A DNA stretch of 63,203 nucleotides, filler included, from Octopus bimaculoides (taxonomy: Eukaryota), in assembly GCF_001194135.2 (NCBI RefSeq). It is 5 parts of 5 records of this genome, joined end to end, with 100 filler letters (N's around TTAATTAATTAA, not from the genome) between each part and the next. Parts side by side here need not be neighbours in the genome. Positions count along the whole stretch, not along the records: positions 1 to 18,627 come from NC_068981.1; 4 more parts are not named here. The stretch is one strand, 5' to 3'. Shown piece by piece: positions 1 through 12,373 of the stretch. The translations under genes and the position numbers were made by a program. Under the pieces are notes generated by a model. That model saw nothing but the letters and a program-made list of their open reading frames with translations. It did not search any database and was not told the DNA's origin. Positions within the stretch are counted from its first letter, which is position 1, and each line of letters starts with the position of its first letter.

Positions 1-265
1 CTTGAATAAAGAATTTTTCTTGGCATGTTATTCTGGATGACTTGGATATGCTTTAGATACACATTCATTATACTAACTTTAACTAATATTCTTTAGCAAT
101 AGACATTGGCAATAAAGAACCAACCAAGTACTGAAATTGATAAAATCGACTCCCGAAACCAGCCGTCCAAATTGGCGGGGGTGTGTGTACCTGTGTTAAA
201 AATCAATATCGGTGCTTTTCAGTCTTTTCGAGTTGATGGCTTACTGGAAATCAATCGAAAGATTA

Positions 266-1250
266 CTTGCGTACTCTGTAAGGAAAGTTAAAAAATTCTG
301 ACATACTCTGCGAGGAAAGTTAAAAATTACAACCTACATTATAGGCACACTTTGCATGGAAAATTAAAAAGGACCGCACACTTTTCATAAAAGGTTTAAA
401 AATTAGTGATGCACTTTGTATGGAAAATTAAAAATTACTGGACCACTTAAAATGGAAAGTTAAAAATTTCTGATATACTCTGCATGGCAAGTTAAAAATT
501 ACAACCTACATTATAGGCACACTTTGCATGGAAAACCAAAGATGACCGCACACTTTTCATAAAAGGTTTAAAAATTATTGATGAACTTTCTATGGAAAAT
601 TAAGAATTACTGGACCACTTAAAATGGAAACTTAAAAAATTCTGACATACTCTGCGAGGAAAGTTAAAAATTACAACCTACATTATAGGCACACTTTGCA
701 TGGAAAATTAAAAATGACCGCATACTTTTCATAAAAAGTTTAAAAATTATTGATGCACTTTGTACGGAAAATTAAGAATTACTGGACCACTTAAAATGGA
801 AACTTAAAAGTTTCTGACATATTCTGCATGGAAAATTAAAAATTGCTAGTGTACTTTGTATGAAAAGTTAAAATTACTGGCGTACTTTATATGGAAGGTT
901 AAATATTACTGTTAAACTGTGTATGGAAAGCTAAACATTACTGCTAAACATTACAACCCACATTTCATGGAAAGTTAAATTATAACTGGCACACTTTGTA
1001 ACGAAAGTTCAACATTACCGGCACACTTTGCATGCAAAGTTAAAAATGACCGCACACTTTTCATAAAAAGTTAGACATTATTAACGCATTTTGTATGGAA
1101 AATTAAAAATTACTGGGATACTTTTGTATGGAAAATTAAAAATGCTTTGCATGTAAAGTTAAAAATAACTGGGGCACTTTATCAAACCTTTCTGACATAC
1201 TTGGCATAGAAAATTAAAAATTACTATCCACTTTGTATGGAAAGTTAAAA
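266..1250. repeat. Tandem satellite with a 32-bp monomer and a 172-bp higher-order repeat
   Basis: The motif ctgaYatactc/attc recurs at 298, 470, 642 and 814, a period of 172. One period parses as five 32-bp monomers (core like ggcacactttgcatggaaaattaaaaatta) plus the 12-bp insert caacctacatta. After about 850 only diverged monomers remain. Confidence 0.9.
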
Positions 1251-1672
1251 AAATGACAAAAATATAGAAAACTCTTGTTTATCTTACTTCATGAATCATA
1301 TTTGTGTACACAAAATTATGAATAATGTTTTTCAAAGAACTCATGTTTTAGCATGGATTTTCTAAAACCTTGAATTATATTTTTTAAATTTCGTGGTGTC
1401 CCTTGGTGTACGTTGTGACGCAATGTTTGGTAACCTCTGTCTTGACATTACTTAAATTGTAGTTAGGGTGAGGGTTAGGGTTAAACATTGTGGAATTGTA
1501 AAGAAAATTGAAATCGAAGTTCATGTTGGAATATAAAACACGGAGACAGTGGACAGAGGTTATGAAGCTTGACAGAAGGAAATATGCTCGTAAATATGCT
1601 AGGAACAGAAAGGGAAAGGTGAAGAAAAGTTGAGCAAAACAGAGAAAAAAAAAAGTGTGTGTGTGTGTGTAT

Positions 1673-1723
1673 ATCCTTTATCCTTTAGTTTCAGCTCGAG
1701 AGCAGCGGCCATGCTGGGGTACC
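1673..1723 (-). mobile_element. 3' tail fragment of a SINE-A-related element
   Basis: gtttcagctc...gcggccatgctgggg matches the tail of the full copy at 3274-3662 (gtttcagtc...gcggccatgctggagc). Confidence 0.6.
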
Positions 1724-1944
1724 AAACACGCACTGACATATATTATACACAGACATATACATAAACACAAATATATATTTATACATACAGAAAGAGAGAA
1801 AGAGGGGAATCTATCCGTCTATATTTGTGTGTGTATGCAAGCGGTGTTTCAGCAAGTCCTGGCCGTGACAGTTACAGCGAACTAAAGATCCAAATAGATA
1901 CACACACACACACACTTATACATACATATACACACGTACATATA

Positions 1945-2066
1945 ATATATGCATAGATAGTCAGAGAGAGGGGGAGAGAGAGAGAGAGAGTTAGAGAGAG
2001 AGAGAGAGAGAGAGAGAGANNNNNNNNNNNNNNNNNNNNNNNNNNNNNNNNNNNNNNNNNNNNNNN

Positions 2067-2124
<58 letters not shown>
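1945..2124. repeat. (GA)n microsatellite spanning an assembly gap
   Basis: Read directly from the sequence. Confidence 0.95.
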
Positions 2125-2129
<5 letters not shown>

Positions 2130-2206
2130 AAATACCTGAACTAACGTTTCACTACTTTGAAATTCGTTGACAATCATAAAACTAATAATAACTAAAAACC
2201 AAAATA

Positions 2207-2320
2207 ACCGCCGCCGCCACGACGACCACGACCACCACCACCACCACCACCACCAACAGCACAAGCACCAATCACAACAACAGCAACAACTACGACAAAA
2301 GCAGCATTACAACAAATCTG
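2207..2320. repeat. CAC/CAA trinucleotide low-complexity tract
   Basis: Read directly. It accounts for the His/Gln-rich ORF 2167-2424. Confidence 0.85.
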
Positions 2321-2450
2321 AAGATAGCAACCCTTGTTGGCAGAATAAACGATCACTTAACAAATGTAACAACAACAACAAAATCGTAAAGAAAGAAAGG
2401 AAGAAGGAAAAGACAGTCGAGTAACAGAACTTTTTCTGGAAATTTCCACC

Positions 2451-2532
2451 ATGACCGTGTTAGATCACAGGAGGAACTGTTGCTGGTTCGGGTGTATTGT
2501 ATTCTGTATACACACAGTTCTTTCTGGAAAAA
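2451..2532 (+). CDS. Predicted first coding exon (signal peptide) of an orphan single-pass membrane protein
   Basis: Start context CCACCATG. Translates MTVLDHRRNCCWFGCIVFCIHTVLSGK (basic n-region, then hydrophobic h-region). Ends in phase 1 at a consensus GTAAGT donor (2533-2538). Confidence 0.6.
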
Positions 2533-3273
2533 GTAAGTACTGAGATTTATTTATCTTAAGATGTATGTGTATGTGTGTGTGCGCGCGCGTACATATGTGT
2601 GTGTGTGTGAGTGCTGTTGTTGATGCTTTGAATCTGTGGGCGTTGGCGTGGCCATTTTGTTAAGATGTTCGCGTCAGAATAACGAGATTCTGAGTATGCT
2701 TCTAGATTTCAATCACGTCAGACAGATGCCTTCTCCTATTGCCTCCGTTCAATTTAAGTTAAAGATGGGCAACCATTTTCTGGATACGAGCTGCATGAGA
2801 CATGGATCATCATCAGGCATTACTAAAAAAAAAAAACAAAAAAAAACTCAAGGTAATTAATTATATTAATTATTCGTAAAGTGTGCCATTCAGAAAACCT
2901 CGTGTGCTGCAGTTTACCTGCAACAGATTTAAGTCTTGAGAGTGAAAGTAGGCAGACGGAAAAAGAAACAGTAGACACCAGCTGGAGCGAATTTTTGCCT
3001 GGTTTTGGTTGGTAGACTTCTTTCGCTTCTCCAAGTTTATCACCACCACCTAATCCTTAGGTATCTTTAGAAGAGACTATTCCCTGGTAAAAATCCAGAT
3101 TGTTTCTCAAATCTGAGGTTTGCCAACATTATATTTTCGCGTACTGCTTCACATTGCAGCAACGCATTAGCCATGGTTTAACCTCTTTTTCCCTCAACAT
3201 TGTGGGAGTTCCTGCAAAAAGGTAATAAATACTGCTCCTCTTCACTTCACAAAGCTCTACAAAATATATGCTC

Positions 3274-3662
3274 TCTTTTACTCTTTTACTTGTTTCAGTC
3301 ATTTGACTGCGGCCATGCTGGAGCACCGTCTTTTAGTCGAGCAAATCAACCCCAGGACTTATTCTTTGTAAGCCTAGTACTTATTCTGTCGGAAAACTTT
3401 TGCCGAACCGCTAAGTTACGGGGACGTAAACACACCAGCATCGGTTGTCAAGCGATGTTGGGGGGGACAAACACAGACACACACACACACACGCATACAT
3501 ATTTACGACGGGCTTCTTTCAGTTTCCGTCTACCAAATCCACTCACAAGGCTTTGGTCGGCCCGAGGCTATAGTAGAAGACACTTGCCCAAGATGCCACG
3601 CAATGGGACTGAACCTGGAACCATGTGGTTGGTAAGCAAGCTACTTACCACACAGCCACTCC
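3274..3662 (-). mobile_element. SINE-A, full length: tRNA-derived head, CORE-like domain, internal (TG)n, conserved tail
   Basis: On the minus strand: A-box-like tggctgtgtggt, B-box-like ggttcagtccc, then CORE-like tggcatcttgggcaagtgtctt. The tail ends gactgaaacaagtaaaagag. More than 10 related copies occur in the window. Confidence 0.9.
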
Positions 3663-4042
3663 TTAAAAAAATGCATGCTATGGCTTGTCAAAAAATTGAT
3701 ACTAAAGGGCGCAGTGCGTTGATTTGCTTGTTGACCTATAATGCTGTTAGGACGGCCCTGGATCCTGCTTTGGGATGCTTCTATTGTGTTCTGATATCTG
3801 ATTCATTTGATCCGTTGACTGAGATTTCACACAGATTAATTTAGAAACTACTGAAGCTCTGAGGTGCAATTTTCAAACTGTATTATTGATTATTACGCAA
3901 AACAAACATCATATTTTGGCTTTCCAAACTTTGTTTTTCTTTTAGCAAGTGAATGTAGTCTTAATCCATTCGACATATATCTGGACGAGATAGGGAGGTG
4001 TAAACAAAAAAAGACAACACCCAGCAAAAGTAAAAAGGAATT

Positions 4043-4249
4043 ATCATCATCATCATCATCATCATCATCACCATCACCATCATCATCATCATAACCACCA
4101 CAACCACCTCCTCCACCACCGCCGCCGCCGCCGCCGCCGCCACCACCACCACCGTCATCGTCATCGTCATCATCATCATCATCATCATCATCGTCATCAT
4201 CATCATCATCATCATCTAAAGACCGTTGTCCATGCTGGCATAAGTTGGA
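4043..4249 (-). mobile_element. 3' end of a SINE/LINE with an expanded (GAT)n tail (RTE-like tail inferred)
   Basis: The minus strand reads gtccaacttatgccagcatggacaacggtctttagatgatgat. The same motif occurs on the plus strand at 51385-51476. Confidence 0.65.
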
Positions 4250-4580
4250 CNNNNNNNNNNNNNNNNNNNNNNNNNNNNNNNNNNNNNNNNNNNNNNNNNN
4301 NNNNNNNNNNNNNNNNNNNNNNNNNNNNNNNNNNNNNNNNNNNNNNNNNNNNNNNNNNNNNNNNNNNNNNNNNNNNNNNNNNNNNNNNNNNNNNNNNNNN
4401 NNNNNNNNNNNNNNNNNNNNNNNNNNNNNNNNNNNNNNNNNNNNNNNNNNNNNNNNNNNNNNNNNNNNNNNNNNNNNNNNNNNNNNNNNNNNNNNNNNNN
4501 NNNNNNNNNNNNNNGTTAACCCACAGATGGAACCGTAACAGGCGCTACTACTCCGGGTCAGAGTAGCCCTGGGAATAATA

Positions 4581-6549
4581 GTGGCTGTACCACAGTTGGG
4601 GCGATTACACTTTTTTACTTTGGGGCTTGTTGTGGAGGGGAATAATTTTGCATTAGTCGGTAGTTTCTTTAATGACTTAGGTTGTTTATTGCTTTTGACA
4701 ATTTTAGTGTCACGTAAAATTCTTTTTAGTTTTGGGTCCTTGTGTGGTTTTGGTAGGTATTGCATGGTTGTGCTGAATGCTTCTTTGTTTCTGGGGTTGT
4801 ATGTGGAAATGTAGGGTAGTGTTTTAAGGAGAGATTTGTTAATTTCTTGGGGTTTTCTTAATGTCTCGCTGTTGATAGATTTGGCACGTTTTATTCCTTC
4901 ATTAATGAGTTGGATTGGGTAGAGTCTATCGAGGAGGACATTTTTCAGTTCTTGTAGTCTTAAATCTCTAGTTTTTTTCTCTGAGACAATAGTGCAGATT
5001 CTTCTTGCACGGTTGAAGGGGATGTTTGTTTTTGAGTGTCTAGGATGGCAAGAGCTAAAGAGAAAGTATCGTTTTGCATCTGCTGTTTTATAAAATATGT
5101 CTGTTTCGATTTTGTTGTTATTTTATTCTTTTTTTAAAAATTAGAATGTCTAGGAATGGAAGTGCCTCCTGGTTGTATTCCATTGTGAATTGAATGCTTG
5201 TGTGGATGCTACTCAGAAGTGTTTTAAATTCTAGGAGTTTGTTTAAGTTGTTATTCCAGAATACGAAACAGTCATCCAGGTATCTATTCCAATTCTCTTT
5301 AATGCATTGGCCGAGAGGATCTCCAAATTTTCACAGTGAATTCTGATATATGTTTTTCTCTAAGAATCCTATTGTGATGTTGGCAATGGTAGGTGCTGCT
5401 CTCGTGCCCATCACAATTCCCGATATTTGGCAGTAGCAGTTGTCAAAAATGAAATGATTATTCTGGAGAATGAATTTGATTGATTCAATGATGAAGGTTT
5501 TGTTTATTCGTTCTGGTATTTCCTCTGGATGTAATTCTAGCCTGAATCGAATCACTTCCATCCCATATAATCACGTGGAATGTTGGAGTTTAGGTTTATA
5601 ACATCGAAGGAGACCATGATGGATTCTTCCCCAACCTGTTCTGGGAGATGGTTCAGCATGTCTAAATCATCTCTCATGTAGCTTCTAATATGTTTTTGAT
5701 ATGGCTTCGGGAGAATGTCCGTGAAGTAACTTAATCTGTGTGTCTCACAGGATAGGCCAGCTATGATGGGTCATAATTTTAGGTCTCCTGGTGTTGGTGT
5801 ATGTATGTGGTGAGTTGTCGATGGCTTCATTGATGGTTGGGCTTTTGTGGATATTGGAGAGGTTGGGTTTGTATTTGAAATTTGTAAGGAAATCTACTCC
5901 CTTTTTTGTGATGTCTTTCCCGTGGGTATGTATTAGTGAGGAGAGGATTTTCATTATTTTTGGGGGATTGTAGTTGTTGATTTCTTCATAATACTCATTG
6001 TTGTTTAGTAAGGACATGACTAGATTTCTGTAGTAGGATGTGTCTATAATTACCACTGCGTTGCCTTTGTCCGCTTCTTTGATTGTAATTTCTTTATTGT
6101 TTGATAGTTCATTAATTTCTTTCCATTGGATTTTGTTGAGGTTTGGGATGGTTTTTTGTTTGTGCAGGGTGTGATAGGGAAAGTTTTCGATGTATTTGCA
6201 AAATTCATCAAGGCTGTTGCTTCTTTCTTTGTTGGGGGTGTATTGGCTTTTGTTCTTGACCAGTGGTTCATCCTGATCATCAAAGTCGGTCAGGGTCTCT
6301 GCAAGTCTTAATTTCCTGCAGAACTCTGAGATACGGTCTTTAATTTCACTTTGATTGGCTCTGCGAGGTGTCGGTGTGAATTTGAGTCCTTTGGAGAGGA
6401 TGTCTATCTTAATGTTAGATAAGGATAAGTGGGAGAGGTTGATTACGTTGGGTTTCTCCTGTGTCTCGGGTTTCATATTGTTATCTGTTTCCTCTGGTGT
6501 GCGACTAAAAAATGTTGGTTGTTTGGGTATGGGTTGCTTATGGGAGGGG

Positions 6550-6550
<1 letters not shown>
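4581..6550 (-). pseudogene. Penelope-like retroelement, frameshifted and truncated at both ends (RT present, GIY-YIG lost)
   Basis: ORF 5745-6476 has the PLE motifs VINLS, LSKGLKFTPTP and IKEADKGNAVVI. ORF 5331-5561 has the RT motif GIVMGTRAAPTIANI. The C-terminal region ends at KCNRPNCGT, just before where the GIY-YIG endonuclease would lie. Confidence 0.9.
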
Positions 6551-6594
<44 letters not shown>

Positions 6595-6877
6595 TAATCC
6601 AGTATAATATAATATCAATATATACAAACAAAATATACACATGTGTGTATATATGTATGTATATATGTGCATGTGTATGTGAGAGAAAGTGCATGTGTGC
6701 TCGCGTAATTTTTAGATCAATAATCAAGTCGACTAGAAATCCAGAGGACTGTATACTAAGTTAAGTATAGCTGCAGAGCAAATAGTTTTATTGTACTGAT
6801 TCAACGTTTAGTAAAGAATGCCAGTGTATAAAACTATATCATTGTGACTTTTAATAATCATTTCCTTCTATTTCTAG

Positions 6878-7368
6878 ACGAAACGAGTACTTTATCACCA
6901 CCTTTGTTAGAAGAATGGAAGATTCTCTACTACAAGCTGCCAATTACCGTTGTGGTGATCATCTTTTTAGCCAGTACTTCCATTCTTGTGTCACGTCTAG
7001 TAGACAGAGTCTATAACACTTACAAAGACAACTGGGCTATACGTGAAGATGTCACTGATGTAAACTATCAAACAAAAGAGCTGATTAGAAACAAAATGAA
7101 GGTCAATGCTGAGACAGACACCGATGATTCCGGAGTTACCAACGTTTGGCTAAAGAAATACATAAATCTTTGGATGCAACGTGTTGCCGAGACAAAGCGT
7201 ACTGAAAGAGTTTCTAATGTCATCACATCGCAGCATAGGAAAAGCGTATCGGTGGCTGGCCCATCAGAAATGGTGGAACCAGATGTTATCTCTCATGTGG
7301 TCGTGATTGAAGTTGGATCTAGTCGATGTCCTTCGAACAGTGACCTTAAAGCAACTGGATATATATAA
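6878..7368 (+). CDS. Predicted terminal coding exon: short ectodomain, transmembrane helix and cytoplasmic tail
   Basis: Non-repetitive 174-aa open frame. Pyrimidine-rich acceptor tttccttctatttctAG ends at 6877 in phase 1, matching exon 2451-2532. 82+491 nt = 191 codons. Hydrophobic stretch LPITVVVIIFLASTSILVS. Confidence 0.7.
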
Positions 7369-7573
7369 CTGTCGGCTTTTATATTACTTATAACAAAGAC
7401 TTATTGTTAAAATTGACGCGTGTTTCTATTCGATGGTTTGATTATAATTTCTACTCAAACGTTTGAGATTTCAAGACTTCGCTGCTGGCAGTAAAATGTA
7501 TGATTTCCTTATGAAGAAAAGAGGGAAAAGCGATTATGTTTATTTAATTTTTACTTTGTACTCTAAGAATTAC

Positions 7574-7651
<78 letters not shown>

Positions 7652-7777
7652 TGATGATGATGAAATTAACCCCTTCAATCACAGCTATTTTATCGCGTTC
7701 CATTTCTTGGGAAATTACAACGCAAATGTTTCTAACGGATATTGCAATATTGATACAGAAAGAGGCACACCTTGAAC

Positions 7778-7825
<48 letters not shown>
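7574..7825. repeat. (GA)n and (GT)n microsatellites
   Basis: Read directly from the sequence. Confidence 0.9.
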
Positions 7826-8552
7826 TGGGTATGTATGTATGTGCGTGTATGCATTTATGTATAGAATAAAAAGTTTTGAATGGTACAACAATGCACTATA
7901 ATACAAAAAATGGACTATATACTTGTTGTAATTTGGTTATCTATAGTCCGATGATATTTCGGAATACAATTCCTTCTTCAGATATTCTTAGATGGAGTCT
8001 GTGCTATAAACTGTTTACCAACGGCTTTTCTTTTTTTTTCGGAAACGTCTCAGTAGTGGTCTCACGAAGCTTCTTCCGGAATTCCTCATGATGCATATAT
8101 CTGTGTATGTATGTCTCCATGTATATATGCATGTATGTGTGTGTATGTATATATGTAAGTATGTATGTATGAGCGACACTGATAACATGTAACTGAAAAC
8201 AACCAGTGACATGGCCAGATCGCCGTCGACTAAAATGGTGATTCACTACGTCTGCTTAGTCTGAAGGATGATATCTGGACACCTTGACGAAACCTGTGAA
8301 AATTGGGATGAAGTGAGGTGAGTCAACGACCATTTAATAAACAAAGAAGAAATTAGAAAAATAACAGAATGGCCAATGGTATGTATTTCAACAACACAGA
8401 CAAATACAGGTATTTCAAACATCATACAGCGTAAATTCTTGATTTATCTAAATAATCTCCGCCTGTAGACGATGTATCGTAATTATCAAATCACAATTGT
8501 GATCAGCTCTACTTGAGAAGGGGAGATAACCTCAAGACTCATAGCTTATTTT

Positions 8553-9117
8553 TTATTCTTTTACTCGTTTCAGTCATTTGACTGCGGCCATGCTGGAGCA
8601 CCGCCTTAAAGAGTTTTAGCCGAAGTAATCGACTCCAGGACTTATTCTTTCTAAGCCTAGTATATATTCTATCGGGAATTTTTGCCGAACCACTTGGTTA
8701 CGGTGAGGTAAACACACCAACATCAGTTGTCAAGCGATGATGGTGGTGGTGGTGGTGGGGGGGGGGACAAACACAGGCACAAAAACACACATACATAAAT
8801 ACACACACACAAACACACACATACACGCATAAACACACACATATACGCACAAACACACGACGAGCTTCTTTCAGTTTCCGTCTTCCAGGTTCACTCAGAG
8901 GGCTTNNNNNNNNNNNNNNNNNNNNNNNNNNNNNNNNNNNNNNNNNNNNNNNNNNNNNNNNNNNNNNNNNNNNNNNNNNNNNNNNNNNNNNNNNNNNNNN
9001 NNNNNNNNNNNNNNNNNNNNNNNNNNNNNNNNNNNNNNNNNNNNNNNNNNNNNNNNNNNNNNNNNNNNNNNNNNNNNNNNNNNNNNNNNNNNNNNNNNNN
9101 NNNNNNNNNNNNNNNNN

Positions 9118-9168
<51 letters not shown>

Positions 9169-9335
9169 GCACGCACGCATACGCACACTTGCACACACAC
9201 ACGACGGGCTTCTTTCAGTTTCTGTCTACCAGATCCACTCATAAGGCTTTGGTTGGTCCCAGTCTATAGTAGAAGACAGTCACACACTCGCCCAAGGCGC
9301 CACACAGTGGGACTGAACCCGGAACCTTGTGGTTA
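8553..9335 (-). mobile_element. SINE-A copy or copies across a gap
   Basis: The tail and body lie at 8553-8905. A second CORE/head segment (9203-9335) follows the gap and a (CA)n tract. Confidence 0.8.
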
Positions 9336-10185
9336 AATTATGCAAATTACTTTGGCCATAAATGTGTTCTACTCTGTTTTATTTAAATCTAACTCACTTG
9401 GCCACTGGAAGTAAGGTTGAATAAATTATTGTACTGCAATGGAGAAAGAAACGTTTGTCCACAACCGTCCTCTTATCTCCAGACAATAAGCCTGTTTTTT
9501 TTTTCTTCCATAATGGCATGGCAACTTTTGCATAATTCTCGACTCTTTAGATTATCTCCCCTTCTCAAGTGGAACTGATCTTAAATGCCATTTGCTGATT
9601 ATAATAAATTCTCTAGAGATGGGGATAATTTTAATAAATCAAGGATATATGTTGTATGGTACTTGATATACCTGTATTTGGCTAATGTGCGTATGTATGC
9701 ACATGCATACATATGTGTTTTTATGTGTACATGGCAGAAGAACGCTCTCACTTGGAGCCTTCGCTGTCTGGTCTTCGTATCTTTTCACAACCAACGGAGC
9801 GCGAAGCGCTCCTCACGAACGTAGTTTGTGAGATGGTTGTGATCTGTAAACAGTTTTGAGTAGGAACCGGAAAAAAAAACAACAACAAAAAAGAATGAAC
9901 ACACAATGCGCATGTGCACACTCAATTCGTAAAACAGAAGACAAGAATAAGCACGCAATGCGCATGTCAAAACAAAACGGAAAGGAAGAATAAAAACGCA
10001 ATGTCATGTAGGTTATAAGATGGTCTGCATGGCACGTCTGACACCAGCTTTGCTGCAATTTTCTTGTTTGTTTTGTTTGTTGGTAGTTTAACGGCTTCGA
10101 ACATCCAGAAACACACGCGTTGCACAAGCGTTTGTCACTATAAAATGGGATGTTTGCCACTTTTTGCACCCCCCTTCTATTTATT

Positions 10186-10391
10186 CTCTTATTCTTTTAC
10201 CCTTTTATTCGTTTCAGTAATTTGACTGCGGCCATGCTGGAGCACCGCCTTTAGTCGAACAAATCGACCCCAGGACTAATTCTTTGTAAGCCTAGTACTT
10301 ATGCCGAACCGCTAGGCTACGGCGACCTAAACACACCAGCATGGTTGTCAAGCGATGTTGGTGGGGGCAGGGGAACAAACACAGACACGCA
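10186..10391 (-). mobile_element. SINE-A 3' half, running into a gap
   Basis: Closely matches the tail of the copy at 3274-3662. Confidence 0.85.
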
Positions 10392-11103
10392 NNNNNNNNN
10401 NNNNNNNNNNNNNNNNNNNNNNNNNNNNNNNNNNNNNNNNNNNNNNNNNNNNNNNNNNNNNNNNNNNNNNNNNNNNNNNNNNNNNNNNNNNNNNNNNNNN
10501 NNNNNNNNNNNNNNNNNNNNNNNNNNNNNNNNNNNNNNNNNNNNNNNNNNNNNNNNNNNNNNNNNNNNNNNNNNNNNNNNNNNNNNNNNNNNNNNNNNNN
10601 NNNNNNNNNNNNNNNNNNNNNNNNNNNNNNNNNNNNNNNNNNNNNNNNNNNNNNNNNNNNNNNNNNNNNNNNNNNNNNNNNNNNNNNNNNNNNNNNNNNN
10701 NNNNNNNNNNNNNNNNNNNNNNNNNNNNNNNNNNNNNNNNNNNNNNNNNNNNNNNNNNNNNNNNNNNNNNNNNNNNNNNNNNNNNNNNNNNNNNNNNNNN
10801 NNNNNNNNNNNNNNNNNNNNNNNNNNNNNNNNNNNNNNNNNNNNNNNNNNNNNNNNNNNNNNNNNNNNNNNNNNNNNNNNNNNNNNNNNNNNNNNNNNNN
10901 NNNNNNNNNNNNNNNNNNNNNNNNNNNNNNNNNNNNNNNNNNNNNNNNNNNNNNNNNNNNNNNNNNNNNNNNNNNNNNNNNNNNNNNNNNNNNNNNNNNN
11001 NACACACACACATACCGCTACATTAGATAAATATTCCTCTCTACGTTGACTTGTCTAATAATTCTATGATTCAAGTACATATACATACTCACGCGCACAC
11101 GCG

Positions 11104-11146
<43 letters not shown>

Positions 11147-11534
11147 AAGAGGAAATGGAAGACATTTTGATGAACAAAGAAAATGAAACATTAAATTAAA
11201 TATTTATATCAAACGAATGAAAATACAAGTTTGAAATGTAAAAAAACACGCGCAACAAAACAAAACAAAAAAACAAGACAAAAACAAAGCAAAAAAAGCA
11301 ACAAAAAAGCAAAAATGACGCATGGACTATGGACATTTATTTAGAGGCAAAAATAAATAATTTAGTTTATTATTCCTGGTGAAATAAATATTTATAAGAA
11401 TGACAATATAAAGGAATAATTAAATAAACACATAAATAAAGAAATTTAAAAGAAAATAAAGGAAACGAGTGATTCTGTGACCTGTGATATCTATGACAGT
11501 TTATATACCTGTGTACTCTAGGTACAAGAGCTGA

Positions 11535-12165
11535 AGTTTCGGGGTAGAAGGATTAGGGTTACATCGACCCCAGTACTTAACTGGTACTTATTTCATAGAC
11601 CCCGGAAGGATGAAAAGCAAAGTTGATCTCGGCTGAATTTGAACTCAGAACATAAAGACAGACGAAATGGCGCAAAGCATTTTGTCCGGCATGCCATCGA
11701 TTCTTGTCAGCTCACCGCCATTTACGGCAGTGTATTGTGGTTTCAAATTTTGGCACAAGGCCAGTAGATTTTGGGTTAGGGGTAAGTCGTTCTACTGGTA
11801 CCCATTTTATCGACAGCAAAAGGATGAAAGGCAAAGTTGACCTCGGTGGAATTTGAACTCAGAACGTAAAGACGGACGAAATACCGCTAAGGACTTTACC
11901 CGGCGCGCTAACGATTCTACCAGCTCACCGCTTTTTATGACGGTATATATTTATTTCTTTATTGCCCACAGGGGGCTAAACATAGAGGGGACAAACAAGG
12001 ACAGACATCGACCCCAGTGCGTAACTGGTACTTATCTAATCGACCCCGAAAGGATGAAATGCAAAGACGACCTTGGCAGAATTTGAACTCAGAACGTAAC
12101 GGCAGACGAAATACCACTAGGCAGTTCGCCCGGAGTGCTAACGACTCCGCCAGCACGCCGCCCTT
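11535..12165 (-). mobile_element. Three head-to-tail copies of SINE-B (about 200 bp, tRNA-derived)
   Basis: Copies lie at about 11535-11722, 11740-11931 and 11952-12165. All share aggatgaaa-gcaaag-tgacctcg-gaatttgaactcagaac. The third is flanked by tgaYggtatatatt at 11938-11951 and 12167-12180. Confidence 0.85.
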
Positions 12166-12206
12166 GTGATGGTATATATTGATATTACGAAAAACTATTT
12201 AGATAC

Positions 12207-12373
12207 TCTTTTATTTTTTTACTTGTTTCAGTCATTTGACTGTGGCCATGCTGGAGCACCACCTTTAGTCGAGCAAATCGACGCCAAGACTTATTCTTTG
12301 TAAGTCTAGTACTTATTCTATCGGTCTCTTTTGCCGAACCGCTAGGTTACGGGGACGTAAACACACCAGCATC
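12207..12373 (-). mobile_element. SINE-A 3' part, running into a gap
   Basis: Near-identical to the tail of the copy at 3274-3662. Confidence 0.85.

Noticed and set aside
298-813. 172-bp period close to alpha-satellite length as a centromere signal
   Set aside because: Only the length matches. There are three periods and no supporting motif.
3200-3844. 214-aa ORF and similar ones (PNPLTRLWSARGYSRRHLPK, also at 54516 and 58911)
   Set aside because: They are antisense read-through of SINE-A and recur wherever the SINE does.
8255-8295. ctgaagga...gacgaaac as a hammerhead
   Set aside because: The core is not CUGANGA, and I found no convincing stem I or stem II.
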